This document shows positions 10,961-24,788 of a stretch of DNA of 64,000 bases, one piece after another; the stretch's first letter is position 1, and every line of letters starts with the position of its first letter. The position numbers and the translations under genes are program-made. The notes beneath the pieces are model-generated. The model saw only the letters and a program-made list of their open reading frames with translations, searched no databases and was not told the DNA's origin. Origin of the DNA: Phallusia mammillata (lineage: Eukaryota); the NCBI GenBank assembly GCA_965637545.1, contig OZ281498.1, positions 13,268,001-13,332,000 of the forward strand, read 5' to 3'.

Positions 10961-13142
10961 CTAGTCCAATTTCATTCTTTGTGTAGTCATGCGATATATG
11001 ATGCTATCCCTGCCTGGGTCCATGAACCAAATAAAATAGGAGGAACCAAGAACAGCAAGAGCAATTGCCACTGTAATCCATATAGCTATATTGATGTAGA
11101 TGGCATACTCAGCCATTACTGGCTCTTCAACAAAACCTTCCAAAACTTCTGCAACATCTGCTGTGGCCATTAGACTTCTTGTGCGACGTACTTGAAGAAA
11201 TTCGCGCTTAACTTCACCAGCAATGTTAACTTCGGCTAACAGTTGGTTGTCATACAATTTGTTGAAGCTTGCTGTAAACTAAAACAAAGAAGCCCTTTGA
11301 ATATCTGACCAAAATTGTATCAAGATTTGTACTTTAAAAAACTCTTAAGCAAAAAAATCTTGCAATCTTTGTTTTTATGCCTTATACTGTGGATGGAGGT
11401 TTAGATGTTTGTGAATGTGCATAAACATACACTAACACTGTTTGAAGGATAATTACCTCAGGAATAAACTTCTCCAAAAGTCGCAAGGCTTCTTTCACTT
11501 GACATGACTGTTCGCCATATGTCTTAACTAATGCATCAACACCACTGATTGTAAAATAATAACTGTCAGGCACTTGGTCGTCAACACTAGATTTATCAAT
11601 CTGCAACTGGAAATAACAAAATGTGAGAAATATGTTAAACAATAGTTAAGTGTACATCTTCAATCAAACCAACCAGAGACAGTATATCCTTCATGGTTTG
11701 AATTTCTCCAAGAAGCAAGACATCAGTTTCTTGAGTAACATTTAAACAAGATGCTGGATCCAAACTAGCTATAAAGGAATCAGCCTTGGCAAGGCGATCT
11801 TTCATGTCAAAAAAGGTTACTGGCAAATCATTCAAAACTCCAGTATTGTAAGAGAGGATATTGAAAACCTATAAATATGTCATTAGAACATTTGGAAATC
11901 GGGCATTACAGACAACCAATTCTGATTACATTTTGTTCTTGTTCAAAATCCACAATCACAGGTTTTTTCTCGGAACTTGCATGATAAATTGCAGCATTGG
12001 TTTCTTCAAGAGATGGTGCTGCTCCACCGGAGCCTTTTATTATGAACTTGGCTTTAAACTAAACACGAAATAAGTTTAAAAAGTGTAAGTTTATGTCCAC
12101 AAGTCCCCCTCTCCCCCAAAAAAATGTTTTTAACACAACAACAGTTCCAGAAAGAAAAAAGGTTTTGTGCAGTATGAGTTGTAAACTATTGGTTACGAAA
12201 CTTCAAACATTGCCTGTACACAGCTAATTTCAAACTGAAGAAAATTATGTGATATATACAGTAAACCTCAGTTATACCGGATTTGCTGTAGGTTTGCTGT
12301 ATTAAAGTGAGGTTTGTCGTATTAAATCAAACGTGAAACAACAAAGTGACTTACCTCAGTAACAGAAATGTCAGATGGGCTTGGAACATGCAAATTGATA
12401 AACAGGTTTGCTTTTGGGCGGTTGAATATGTCGAGTGCCTTAACACCTACACAAAAAATTCAATATGTGATTGTTAAGTTTTTCCACCAAATCCTCTTAT
12501 TTATTTGATATTAGAAGTCCTCTACTTTCTCACACTATATGTGTAGAACATCACTGTGCCGAATGTATGCTACTAAACTTAACATGAACACAAAAACTCC
12601 ATCATTCATGCAACAATAGTACTTTTAAACTACACTGCCTTTTTGGCATTAAACGTTGATCATATTCATAATCCAACCTTTTCCACACATAAAAAGGTAG
12701 CTTGTGTTCTAGGTTAAAGCACCTTAAAATAAAAGCTTTTATTGTTGTTTTAAAAATTGCTTGGTTAGAGAACATTTAATAAGCTGTATATATGACTATG
12801 AGGACTTTATTTATGAAACAATAGATCACAATTTTTACCAGTCCATGAAGTGATTTTGTGTGTTGAAAATCCCATCATGTAGCTAATCATGTGGCTAACA
12901 TCACCAACATCAATAGCTTCTCCATTCTTTGAAAGTTCAATGCTTGGAGGAACTGATAGAAAATATAAATCACCACGGCAGTGTGACAATAAACCTGAAA
13001 CAGTAATAAACACATTGTAAAACGGCAAACCAACTGTCTTCTGGAGTTATTGCCAAAGTGGTGATTTAACAACAAACAACATTAAACTAACGGAAAATAA
13101 CTTACCACAGAGGAATAACAATCCAGCTGATAGCGATTTCAT
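10961..13142 (-). CDS. ATP6AP2: (Pro)renin receptor / V-ATPase accessory protein 2, 7 coding exons
   Basis: Exons 13142-13106, 12994-12839, 12446-12355, 12058-11930, 11868-11674, ~11606-11457, 11278-10961. Signal peptide, DIFNRPKA motif, furin-type RRTR site, TM helix and tail MDPGRDSIIYRMTTQRMKLD. Confidence 0.95.
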
Positions 13143-13863
13143 TTTTTGACTTAGTGTTGAGTTTAACAATTAAAATCTAAAATCTCAAAATATACTTTAT
13201 GGTTGTTGTGTAAGTAATTTACACAGACAGTTACACACTACACAAAACAATGTAAAATATACATAGGCGTCATCCAATGATGGAAGTGTATGTATGTTAA
13301 AATTACAACCAAATACCGCACATATAAATGTTACTGAGACTTTAAATTTTGCACTAAATAAATAACACAAATTAACTCTATCATATCCCATTTTTGACTA
13401 TATTATAGCCTGCAAAATGAAACCCAAACGCATTAATCTCATTGGATTTACGTTTTTGTCATGCTTCAACAGTTTGCAGATCGTGACTAATCATGTGATT
13501 ACCACTAGACGGCACATTTTATTCATTTATTTTTTCGTCATATTCACTGACCTCTATAAACATATTTATATTTCAAACTCTATAAATCTCTATAAACATA
13601 TTTTCACTGATCATATTTCAAACATAGAAAATCCGAATAGCACACGACTACATTGTTCCAATAAATTTAAAATAACATAATCCCGTCAATCCTCGACAGA
13701 GCAACGCCTCATTTTAATCTACTGTTCACTTTTACATTAGCGTAAAGTTTTTTTTAACAAAAAAGAAGCAATTTCGCGCAACGCCAACCAAATTTGACAC
13801 ATGTCTAAAGGTATGTGGTGCCGTCCACGTTTAGGACATTTAAATTAATGTAGGTATATACTA

Positions 13864-14238
13864 TAGGCCTACATACGTCCTCTTTTTGGAGGACATGTCC
13901 TCCTTTTTAACAAAAACCAAGTTGTCCTCCGAGGACAAGAAAAAGAGCCCATGTCCTCCTTTTTGAGGAATTTGTGATTTACCAAATACATATGTGACAA
14001 TCATACCCTTGAAAACAGCCAAATATACATCTTCAGCTTATTTTTTAATAAAAACAGGTTTTACGTTTTTTTGAAAACACAAGCTTATTTTAGTGTTGTG
14101 GCGTGATAAACGTTAAACTTTATCCAAACTACCGTCTAATTTCGAAAGCTTTTATTTTTGGGGAGCCTTAAAGTATTTTTGCATGTTCTTTTTTAAAATT
14201 GTGTCCTCCTTTTTGGGGATGGAAATACGGTAGGCCTA
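13864..14238. mobile_element. MITE with GTCCTCCTTTT subterminal repeats
   Basis: Ends TAGGCCTAC / GTAGGCCTA; direct flanks GTATATACTA at 13854-13863 and 14239-14248. Confidence 0.7.
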
Positions 14239-14449
14239 GTATATACTATATAAATTCGACAAAGAGACATTACAGATTACACGAACAAAAATGCAAGGTA
14301 GCGTATCTGAAGTATGACGCCACTAATGCGTGCAACCACAAGAGCTCAAACTCGAAGCCCAGCAAACTTCCCATAGAATACAACGTTTGTCACAATTAAT
14401 AAAAAAACGTTTGAAATAATTTTTATTTTGGAAACACGTTGCTGTAACG

Positions 14450-14940
14450 CAGTGGTTCTCAAACTTTTTTGACCGCGACCCAAATCTGAGTTTTATGAAC
14501 ATCTCACGACCCAAGCCTCAAACATCAAAAAATGTATTAACGAGACGGACGGCAATTTCGAGGCCACGTCGTCTCCGCATAGGAGTCTGCCCATGTCAAA
14601 ATGGCTGCAGACTTAATCGATTCGTTCGACAACACTGCATAACATAACACACATTGTGGCTTTGCAGCACTATGATCAATGATAGAAGTGAATCCCAATT
14701 CTAAAAATGTTTCAATCGCCATGTGCAGTAAAGTAAAGTTGGAAGCCTATTGTCGTCTTTATGTGGTAACAGTTGGTTCTGTTTAATGTACAACGTGGTC
14801 GAGTGAGGTGACTTTACTACTACATTAAGAAAATTCGTTTGTGTTTACTTAATGCAGTAATTGTTCGTTTGGTCAGCATTGAATCAGCATAGCGCGACCC
14901 ATTTTTTGACCCTGCGCGACCCATACTTTGAGAACCACTG
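14450..14940 (-). mobile_element. Internally deleted hAT (Charlie/Buster-type) transposon
   Basis: TIRs begin CAGTGGTTCTCAAA at both ends; perfect 8-bp TSD CTGTAACG. Internal minus-strand remnant FLELGFTS...KPQCVLCYAVLSNES resembles the Buster-type transposase BED finger. Confidence 0.9.
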
Positions 14941-16281
14941 CTGTAACGTTTATTGTTGGTTTAACAACGTTTAAGAAATGTTTCGTCAAGTGATTTCTGC
15001 TTTATATCACCTGACATAACCAATTATCACAACACATTCGCACTAACCCAAACAGGCTGCAGTTTTTAGGAACGTTTTGTTGCAATTTCGCCAGCACACT
15101 AGATTAGAAGCAATTTTTTCCTAATTCTCTTTAGATTTTACGATGTTTCGTACGATACCGCTATTAGCAAACAAAAATGTCCACTGTGGTCGCCACCGTG
15201 CTTTACAAACCCAAGATATTATTTACTAATAATAAGCAAACTGGATGAAATATACACCTATAGATCAGCATATAGGTCAGTGCGCACATCAATTTCCCAA
15301 GCTGTTGCTGGTGACCTTTGCGGAACCTCAGAGTTACGGGGATCCTTGGTATGAAGAAATGCTTGTAGTAGCTGTAGTACGTTCGATTTCTTTCATCGAG
15401 AGATATAAATTTAAATCAACTGAAATTCGGCAACTATGGTTTATTGTTAAAAATGAAACCCCTTTTTTAATTTGACTGGTCTCTTATAAAATGTAGCAAA
15501 CAAAAAAGAGAACTAAAGGTAGCTTAACCCAAAGGGATTAGCAATCCAAGTTTAAACCCGGAATGAATATAGCCTACACCTGCGTCGTGAGTTTATTCAC
15601 TGAATAGCTTTTATCTTTATCCTTTCTATATTGACATCTATGCACGTTTATTGTGCCAATAACCTGAACAGCACTGGACAATTTTCAATTAAGCTTTAAA
15701 TTTAATTCAAACAACTTTCTACAGTAGAGACAAACGTTATTATTAAAATAAACGAACAATTGTACACTAAGGAAAGTGAAAAGCAACCATAAGTTGTATT
15801 TTGATAAACATGGATTTAATAAGTTTATCACTGCTGGATCAAGAACATCCAATAACTTTTTGGCTGGAAAAATTATCCTCAGCACATATGCAGTGTAATT
15901 TTGTTGAACACACTAATACGTGCACATAAAAATACCGCTTTTGTGGTGCTAACACTGTACTTATTGGTGTTTTTGGAATTTTGTTGTCAACACGATTGCA
16001 CAAGAAAATCAATAAATGTCAACGCAGTCATAAATCGACCATAGTTTTTGACAAGTTGCAAAAAAGCCTAAAAATACAAAGCGGCAGAAAAGCGTTACAA
16101 GCGTTTGTAAAAAAAGAATGGAAATGTAGCCTGTGACTGGCAGCAAGTTGGTGGACGGACTCGAAGAAACTTTAATGAAGCTAAGCGCAACTTGGACGCA
16201 AAGGAATAGCAAAGCAAGATGTTGCAGAGTCGACATCGATCTGTTGGTCGTATGCTTGGTTGTTAAAGGTCCCTAGGGTGT

Positions 16282-19200
16282 TCACGTCTTGCGCTTCTTG
16301 GCATCACTTCGGTTTGCAACTGCAATATCGCATAAGCTTGGTTCCTTGAACATCTGAACTGTGGATACCAAAAAATTTATGTTAAAAGTGTATTCGTTTA
16401 TACAAGCTCGGTAAATAACCCTATTTAAATTCAGTGGGTTGTGCATATTTTAGATGTAAAAATCAGACTTGATGTTAAAATATTTACCTTCGATTGGACG
16501 AGGAACAAAATGTGTACAAGTTTTGTGCTTTTTAGCACGCGATCCTTTTACTGGAATTCCATCTTTTCCGAGACCGATATTCCACGGTCTGCCGCTTTCT
16601 AGTTGTTTGTACAAACATGATGTGTACACCACGTAATAGTTCTCATACACTGATTCCTTGAACTTGCATTCAGACGAGTAGGAATCCTAAACAATAAATT
16701 TATTTACGACGGGTTTGAGGATACCTGAAACTTTTTTTATTTCGAGCTTTTTTGAGATAAAAAGAGTCATGGGATACACATTTTTCAAAATTTGCAGGTT
16801 ATTCCTTAATTAAACGTGATAAAACGTTTCAGTGCTATGACAGTTACCGTTGTGTAGAGTCTTCCCTCGTTGTTCATGGCAACATACAGCAATGTGTCTC
16901 GATGCTGTATTGAAACGATTCGAAGTCCAACAGGAATAAGATAGAACACAGTGGCATCCCCATCTTCGGGAATTCCGTACACGCTGCCATTTTCCCGATC
17001 AACGGATAAATAGAAGCCTTGTCGCGAGAGCAACTGTGTCTTCACACCCTTTAGTTGAGGTTCTAGAAATATAAAGTATATGTTTACCGCACTTTTAGGC
17101 ATAAAACCCAATCCTTATGGAAAGCAGATTAACGGCTCAAATAACGTTAAAGTGAACACTGGCAAGAGCCACGAAAGAAATCAATACAATTAATATTTAA
17201 CGAGACTTCAGTCACCCTGGGAAGAATAAAATCTCTAATTAATGTAGTTTGTCTTGAAAAATACGCCTGGGGAAAAATATTATAATCTCCATTTCATTCT
17301 GATGCAGTCTTAATATATTCTGTTTATGTTTACAACAAAAGGCGGGTATAGACTGTCGATTGACACCATTTACTTCGCAATATTTTGATTTAGAGGCAGC
17401 TATGTCCTACCACGATGGCTCCCTGAGCTGTATTCTTCGTGTCTGCCTATTAAAATCGCCGCTTCGTCCATGAAGATTGTCAACAATCCACAAATTTGTC
17501 AAACGAGAAAAGTTTGTTGCAAACCAAATACAAAACTCGAACGCAACATCACCAAGCCCAAGGCAAACTTCACAACCAAAAGTTGAACTGAATAGCGACA
17601 ATATGGGCATCGCCATCCATACCTTATGACTGTTTAATATTTAAGAGGCTTTTTGAGTGTAGAAGGTTAAACCGACATAAGCGGCATTTATTTTTGTGGC
17701 CTTTGGGAAGAAATTTGATGCTGGTATGCACGTTTTCATCCTACAGAAAGTTGAATAATTCATCGCGCGCCGTCGCTGTCAAACCAGCAGCGCATAACAA
17801 GTACCTGCAAAGTCAGTCAAACTTTTCTGGATCATCAAGTATTCATCATTAACACGTCAAGCAAAATTTAATATATTTTACCTTACTTCGTACCTTTGAC
17901 AGCTTTATTTTGGCCTGTAGATTTAAACTTCTCCATGTTCACATCACCCTGAAGGCTACCGAAGTCCAACTACAATTCGATGCAAACTCAATACGATATC
18001 CTTGTGTTACAGCTATGCCTTCAACCCTAACTTACTCACTGTGGTGGCGCAGGCTTAATGTAGAACGACTCAGTTGGCCTAGGACTGCTGTATATTTTGT
18101 CAAGAACAAAATCACAGTCCGCGACGGTTCTTGCAGTAAGGCGTGTCCGCTTTCAGTAACCCTCCAGTGTTCATGAATATTTCAGTACACAACCTGGCGG
18201 AAAAGCGTTATATTCTGCTAATTTACCGCACACGATAGCATGAAGCAGCGCCGAAGCAATTTTCAAAACAAGCAACCGATCGATGGAAAGCGAATTCGAT
18301 CGACCAAGTTTATAATTCTCTGCAACCAGCGCGTTGTAGACCAAGCACAAAACGACGTAATTGTCCTGGAGCATAGAGCGTTCAAAACAACAAAGCTCGT
18401 GGCATAAGGAGAGACTTGAAGGACGTTGGTATGTGCGTAAACCACACGTGAAAATCACGACCTGACAAGATTAATTTACTTTAGTGTTACGGTGCCTGGA
18501 AATAAATGCCTGGAAAACACGGTTTAACCTATTCGCTATTTTGCGAATGAATTTTCGCGAAAATGTATTAATCTTTTATAGCTCGCTTTAATTAGATGCT
18601 GGGCATGAATAATGTAATAAAAAACACCCAATAGCATATTGGCTAAAACGTAATGAAGCTGTATTAAACTGCGTCGTGGTATGCGCGACTGTAAAGTATC
18701 ATAACTAATCGACAGAATTTAGCTACAGAACCACAACAAGAACAACTGAACAAACTTTAACAATTTGAATCAAAATTAACTTACCAACATTCACAGTACC
18801 AGTTTTGTTAGTCATAGTAAACGTCCTGACCATGTACACATGTATAAACAACGTAAATGAAGAAAACGCAAGCAATATATACATATCGGAAAATATGTTT
18901 ATTGCATACATACAATAAGTGCAACAATTGTATTCTTGCAGCAATAATCAAACTTTGAATAGGATTATCCCCACGGACCAGGCAAAACAAGCGAAGAATT
19001 TAGTTTTATCGATTATTACGAAAAAGTACAATTAGATGCGAACTTAAAGGTACAAAATAAATTAATGAAACTAACCTCGTCTGTTTACAATAATTTCAAA
19101 AGTAAAGAAATTTTTTTGCTTGCAAGGTAGGAATATTCAGGATTTGTAATTTGATTTTTCGGACTTATGTGTAGCTGTTTCATTAATGGTTTTGTTGAAA

Positions 19201-20557
19201 ACAATATTTATGGCGTATTTTTCAAATTAGTTGAAAACAAAAACAATTACTTGATTTAAATTTTAAATTAAAGGCTTCTAGCGACAAACAAGTCGGCGAC
19301 AAAACGAATGTGACATTATAGCTCTTTACCGCCTTGTGTGGCCACCGTCTTGCGTAAATTTTGCCACCAAGGCGTATGGAGTAAAGTTTTAATTTACCCC
19401 TATTAGACAACTTTCACATAAATAATTTAACTTTCAAAATCAATAAGACGTCAACTAGCTTTGTGTACATCTAATAATGAACTAAGAACACGAAGATCGA
19501 ATCGGTTTGTTTTCCGGTATTTAAGATACAATATAAAATTATATAAAACCATAAGAGCCGATATCAGCCAAATTGTTCAACCCCAATTACTACACAACTT
19601 TTTGAGGCAATAGAATGTTTTTCGATGCACTAAGTTAACATCGTAAGTGAATGAGTGCATAGACATGAAAAGAACATAAATATTTTAAGTGCTCCAGCAT
19701 GCGAAACATGACCGACCTGTCGTGAGAGTTTACGAGTGTGCAATTATAACCACAGTTTTGCAGTACAAAACCACCAGGCGCCAGTCTTTGCGTGTTTAAC
19801 AACAACTGAGGTGACAGTTCAAACAACTTGACATTTTATAGGCCGAAGCTAAGGATCCGGGAAGAAGAAATACAAATTTTGTTTTTTGCTCATTTAAGTC
19901 AAATATTCAACAAGCAGACCTTGACGGGACATGTCCGTTGCTTGATTACAAGGCACCACAACTACAAACAACCTTTAAATTTAACATATCAAGAACGTTT
20001 GACCAACACCTCCAAATAGTAGGATTTGGCGAATTAACTGACTGTCTTCGCATGGAAGCGATGAAATGTTAACACGCCATAAAACGAGAGTGAACGAATC
20101 GACTGTAAAACCTGAATTTCCCTTGGGCTTTTCGCTTACCGCGCACGATTTTGCGCAACACTTATTGATCTTCACGCATTTCAGATGTTATCACATGACG
20201 TATGTTCAGAGGCATTACATGAAAGAAGATTGACTAAGCTTCATATCTCATTTTTTCCTCACCACGGCACCGGTTATAAGTCAAATAGACTTTTACCATA
20301 TTAACAGCATGTTTTAAACTTCGTGTTTGAGTTTGTAAATTTTACAAGGATGGTTACCTCTAGTGAATGTAACTTTGATTTACATCAAACAAAACCACTT
20401 ACACAATCGTGAAAAATACCATGCTGTGTAAATTTCTACCCCAAATGATTGACTTACCTACTTCGGGTGCACGAAATTTCAATCCTCGGCCGCAAGGACA
20501 CTTAAAAGGCATATGCGGAGAAACAGTGAAAGCAACGTGCAGAAAAAACTGATGCAT
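16282..20557 (-). CDS. Intracellular FGF homologous factor (FGF11/12/13/14 family)
   Basis: Core exons 17062-16848 (EPQLKG...[12 protein letters not shown]), 16686-16488 ([14 protein letters not shown]) and 16358-16282 (VQMFKEPSL...KKRKT*). Candidate phase-1 first exons 17471-17411 and 20557-20458. The 5' extent is uncertain. Confidence 0.92.
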
Positions 20558-23500
20558 ATCAAGAACCTGTCCACTAAATCATCTAGGACAGGGCGGCGTT
20601 GGGATAAGAATTGATTTTGGTTGCCCGCAAATAAAAAACTATGTAACAGAGTGAAACGGCAATGTCCTTCAAATCCAGATAAGCGGAGATCTTGTCAGAA
20701 CACACGTTTTGACATTTTGTTGGAGAATTGGCAAGTCAGATCTTCGCAATGTAACAAAACCAGCTAATCCGCAACCACTGCGTGCTTTTCTCAGATACCA
20801 TGCGATTATATTGTCTTCATTTCTTATTTAGTAGTTGATTCTCAAAGAAACGATATCTACCTACGTTTTCGTAATACCCTGTAAACAAACGTAACTTTTT
20901 AAAACATTTCAGTTAGAATGTTTCAAATTAAACACATTTCATTTCAAATACTTTCAAAATTCAAATTGATGTTTTGATTGTAGATAGTGGCTGTGTACAA
21001 CATAGATAACTTTGATGATAATGCGGACTGCTGTTAATACTTTGTTTAACTGCAAATAACTTACCAACTTGTGGGATTTGACAGCTTTGTACTGGAAAAA
21101 TCTTTACTGTACTGTGAGGTCAACCTCTGCACATCACAGTCTCGCCTGAATAACCATAAACTGGCACAACATCATCTGAGTTAAGCGGCTAATCCTGGTT
21201 TACTTGTTTACATCAATCGATACCTGTAGAGGTGCCCTCTTTCACACTGCATAGTCGCCATTGCCGTCGGTAAACACCAAGAGCATCAATAAAACATCGT
21301 TATGAGACCTAATTACAAGTCTGTGAAGAATCAGTGACGACTGTCAGCTAGCCAAGAGTGAGCAGTAGGCAACAGCTGTAAACATTAAACCTCAAGGGCA
21401 CACTCAAAGAGATTTTGACCGTTCTTAACCTCTTACACTTTTTGTAACCTCTTGGTTGGTTCTTTTATGACGGCAACAAAATGTCTCGTACGAAATAAAA
21501 CGATGATTGCGTCAACAATACAGTTTCGCTACACTACTGCTTGCAGTTTCATTAGTAATCTAATCATTCCTGTGCATCGCCGACCTCCAAGTGGTAATTG
21601 AATCCACCCTGCATTCCAATTTAGTACAGGAAAAATGTAGCTCACGATAAATTATTAAAGACCAGTAATTGATGGCAACGAGAAATAAACGCGATTACTA
21701 GAGTCACTGTACCTCAAGAACAAAACAAAAGGCTACTTTCATTACACTACCTTAGTATCCTCGTGACTCATCGCCCCAAAGTGAAAAAACAATTTGTGCA
21801 ATGACGTTTTAATCAAGTATTTTACCCCAGATAAACATTTGCATTTAAATTCGTATTTTCCGACACATATATTTAGTTTCCTGTGTTTAAAAGTTGCCTA
21901 TATGATCTACTGTAAAGGAAACACAAGTCTAAACTAAAAACTGTTTGAAATCAGCCGTTTACCTGTAAGTAGGATGTGATAACACACACTGATAACAGCT
22001 CTGGTAGAAATTGCAGAGAATGTCGACTGCAACAGATCTGATAATTACCCCTTGTGTGTGGCTCAATGAAGTCGCACTACAAATCAACTAGCATCCTCGG
22101 GCGAGTGAATAATGAAACCTGTCGTGTTCCGAATAGCCGGCCAACGGTCGAGCTCAGCGCCCAGCAATTACTGTCTTTATCCGCGCTTCCACTTATCGAT
22201 TTTGCCAGGATTGCGATTAGGCTTGTCCTTCAGTGATACACGCATAGTACAGAAATATCTAACCCATCCGTAAACACACTTGTCAGTTTCGTAAACGATA
22301 CATTTTAAGAGTACGGGTATTTCGACCTGGTTAGCTGTGCCACCTTGGCTTGTCTTCAAGATGCTTTGAATGGAAATTTATTCCCATTTATGAAGCACCT
22401 CAATATGTGCAAATAATCTTGTAAAAAAGTTGTTTGCGTACAGTTTGAATCTTGAAAGTAAGAACAGATATACAGCACTTACAAGGCTACTTACAGTGAA
22501 AATGTCACTCCCAAGTTTATTTGTATAGTGGGCTATGAAAATGTCAGGTTTTGTGATGAATTATTTTCGAACTTATCCCGAATATATAATTAACAAATAG
22601 GTGTGATAAATGAAACCCACAGTTAAAAATTATTTGTTTTAACACACATGTCTGATTCTTATATCGAAGACCGTCTCCACGGGAATACAGCTAAATGTAT
22701 TTAAAGAAACATAACCTGAAATGATATTTCAGCAAATTATTTTTCAGTTAAATGGCACTTTAAGCACGTATTGCATCTTGGAATCATTTTGCATATTTTT
22801 TTAACAGGTGTAACAAAATTTCATGGCATTTTTTAAATTCTGGTGCATTAGACTTTGGGCCCGACAAAATGTGTCATGTTGAATTTTTCCTTTATAGCCG
22901 TGTCACCGTTTCGGTGGAGAAAGACCTAGGTATGCCAATGCGATTCCCTGGTATTTGTGTTTCAGAGGTATTGTGGTCATACGTCTAGCGTGGTACGGTT
23001 TGAATATTACATGATGTTTGTTTGATTTGAAGTATTACCGGATAAACGAGTGAGATAATCAACCTCATCAGTTTATCACCAGAAAATAATGTTTCGTTAC
23101 TAAAAAATCAGGGGTTTAGTACCGATTGCTTCAGGAAAAAGTGGTTTGGTTAATCCCATTCGTTCTTTAAAACTTCGACTTACCGAAGACGATGCCGATT
23201 GTGTAAAATTAAATCATTGTGCTCTAATTCGATCAGAGTATGCGCAGAGCATGTAAAAACGAGTCAAAGATAGTAAGTAGCCTACACTAGCTTTCGTAGA
23301 ATTCATCGGCCAGCAGATTAGCAGGGACGTCGAAGTTAAGTCTTTAGTGTCAGTATCGCGAGTAGTGAAACTGCCCGACGGGACATTAATTATTGATGAC
23401 GACTACTTGCGTCAGCGCGTCAAAGATGTCGACCTTGTGCTCATCCGACAAGGACAAACCTGGAAATGGGACGCGATAAACTTCAGGAATCGAGATAACA

Positions 23501-23932
23501 ACGTCGGGTTGTTCCAAAAATATGCCACATCAATTAAGCGAAACGATTGGTCCGTGACGTGCCACAACGATAATTTACACCTGATGTCAAAGGTTATTCA
23601 CGTGTGTATCAGGTAGGATATTGTTTGTCATTAATGTCAACCATTTATAGCGGTAAACATTTTGTGTTTGTTATGATTCAATTTATTAGGCGCCAAATTA
23701 CAACACCACCATGGCAAAACACGTACTGGACGTTTATTGTTTCACATAACTAGACAGTCGGTCATTCCAATTTCAAACAGCAGATTGCCGTCATTGTATT
23801 TAAATTCGACGAAACCGGACATTCGTAGGACACAAACATCAAATTGAAATGAGCTGTTATGGCGTTACTTGTAACCAATGTTACGTGGCTATGTGTTTTG
23901 CAATATCCATATGTAGCACCATGCATTTAAAC

Positions 23933-24788
23933 CAGGGAGTCGAACCGCTTGTCATATGGGTTCAGGTTCGGTTCGGGTTCACTTGGTTTTGTTTTTAAGG
24001 GTTCGGGTTCGGTTCCGGTTTTAAAAAATGTGTATTTTCGGGTTCGGGTTTTGTTCCGGTTTGGGCAAATTATCCGGTCCGAACCGGTTTGCGATTTTTA
24101 AACCGGTTCAAATTTTCATTCGTTTCAGTTTAATTCTACCTATCATCTTCCTGGCCTTATCAAACCCCACAAGATTTTTGACCGTGCCCTGTTATTTTTG
24201 ACACGCCCTATAAGTGCTATCTCGCGTATTCTTAGGTAGAGCTACTAACACCATACGTTTCTCCTGATCCAAAAGTGCTTAATTTTCGATAGGTGGCGTA
24301 AAGAGCTGAATTATTTATTTAGCGGCTATAAATGGGTTGGGCTGGGAAATATTTACATAAAATTTTTGCATTAGTAACTATTTTTTTGGGTTAGTTTTAT
24401 TGAATTTTAAGTGCTAATACCTTACCCCAACCCTAATAGCACAAACCGTTAGCATTTTTGGAGAAATACCGTTTTAAATGAAAAAAGTGCTCTTTGCGCC
24501 ACCTGTCGAAAATTAAGCACTTTTGGATCAGGAGAAACGTATCGTGTTAGTAGCTCTACCGTATTCTTAAGTGCGCTGTTTTGAAAAAAATCACAAAATA
24601 TAAAACAGACTACATTTTTTACTGGTTCAGTTCCGGTTCGGGTCCAACGCCAAACAAAATATAGGGTTCAGCTCCGGTTCGGGTTTTTAGAAAATCGTAA
24701 TTAGCGGTTCGGGTTCGGTTCGGGTTTAATGAATTTAACCGCTCAAACCGGTTCGCGGGTTCGGGTTCAGTTCCGGTTCGACTCCCTG
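23933..24788. mobile_element. hAT-type MITE with (C)GGTTC subterminal arrays
   Basis: 15-bp perfect TIR CAGGGAGTCGAACCG; perfect 8-bp TSD ATTTAAAC at 23925-23932 and 24789-24796. Confidence 0.92.
24235..24560. mobile_element. Mutator-like long-TIR MITE nested in the 23933-24788 element
   Basis: About 70-bp TIRs starting GGTAGAGCTACTAACAC; perfect 9-bp TSD GTATTCTTA. Confidence 0.88.

Noticed and set aside
17407-17616. 69-aa ORF MAMPILS... as an FGF first exon
   Set aside because: Its frame gives a phase-2 donor, incompatible with the phase-1 core exon.
23347-23616. 89-aa plus-strand ORF
   Set aside because: Non-ATG start, no recognisable domain, no supported partner exons.
23958-24110. GGTTC repeat cluster as a CRISPR-like or telomeric array
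   Set aside because: Irregular spacing, no unique spacers; explained as MITE subterminal repeats.
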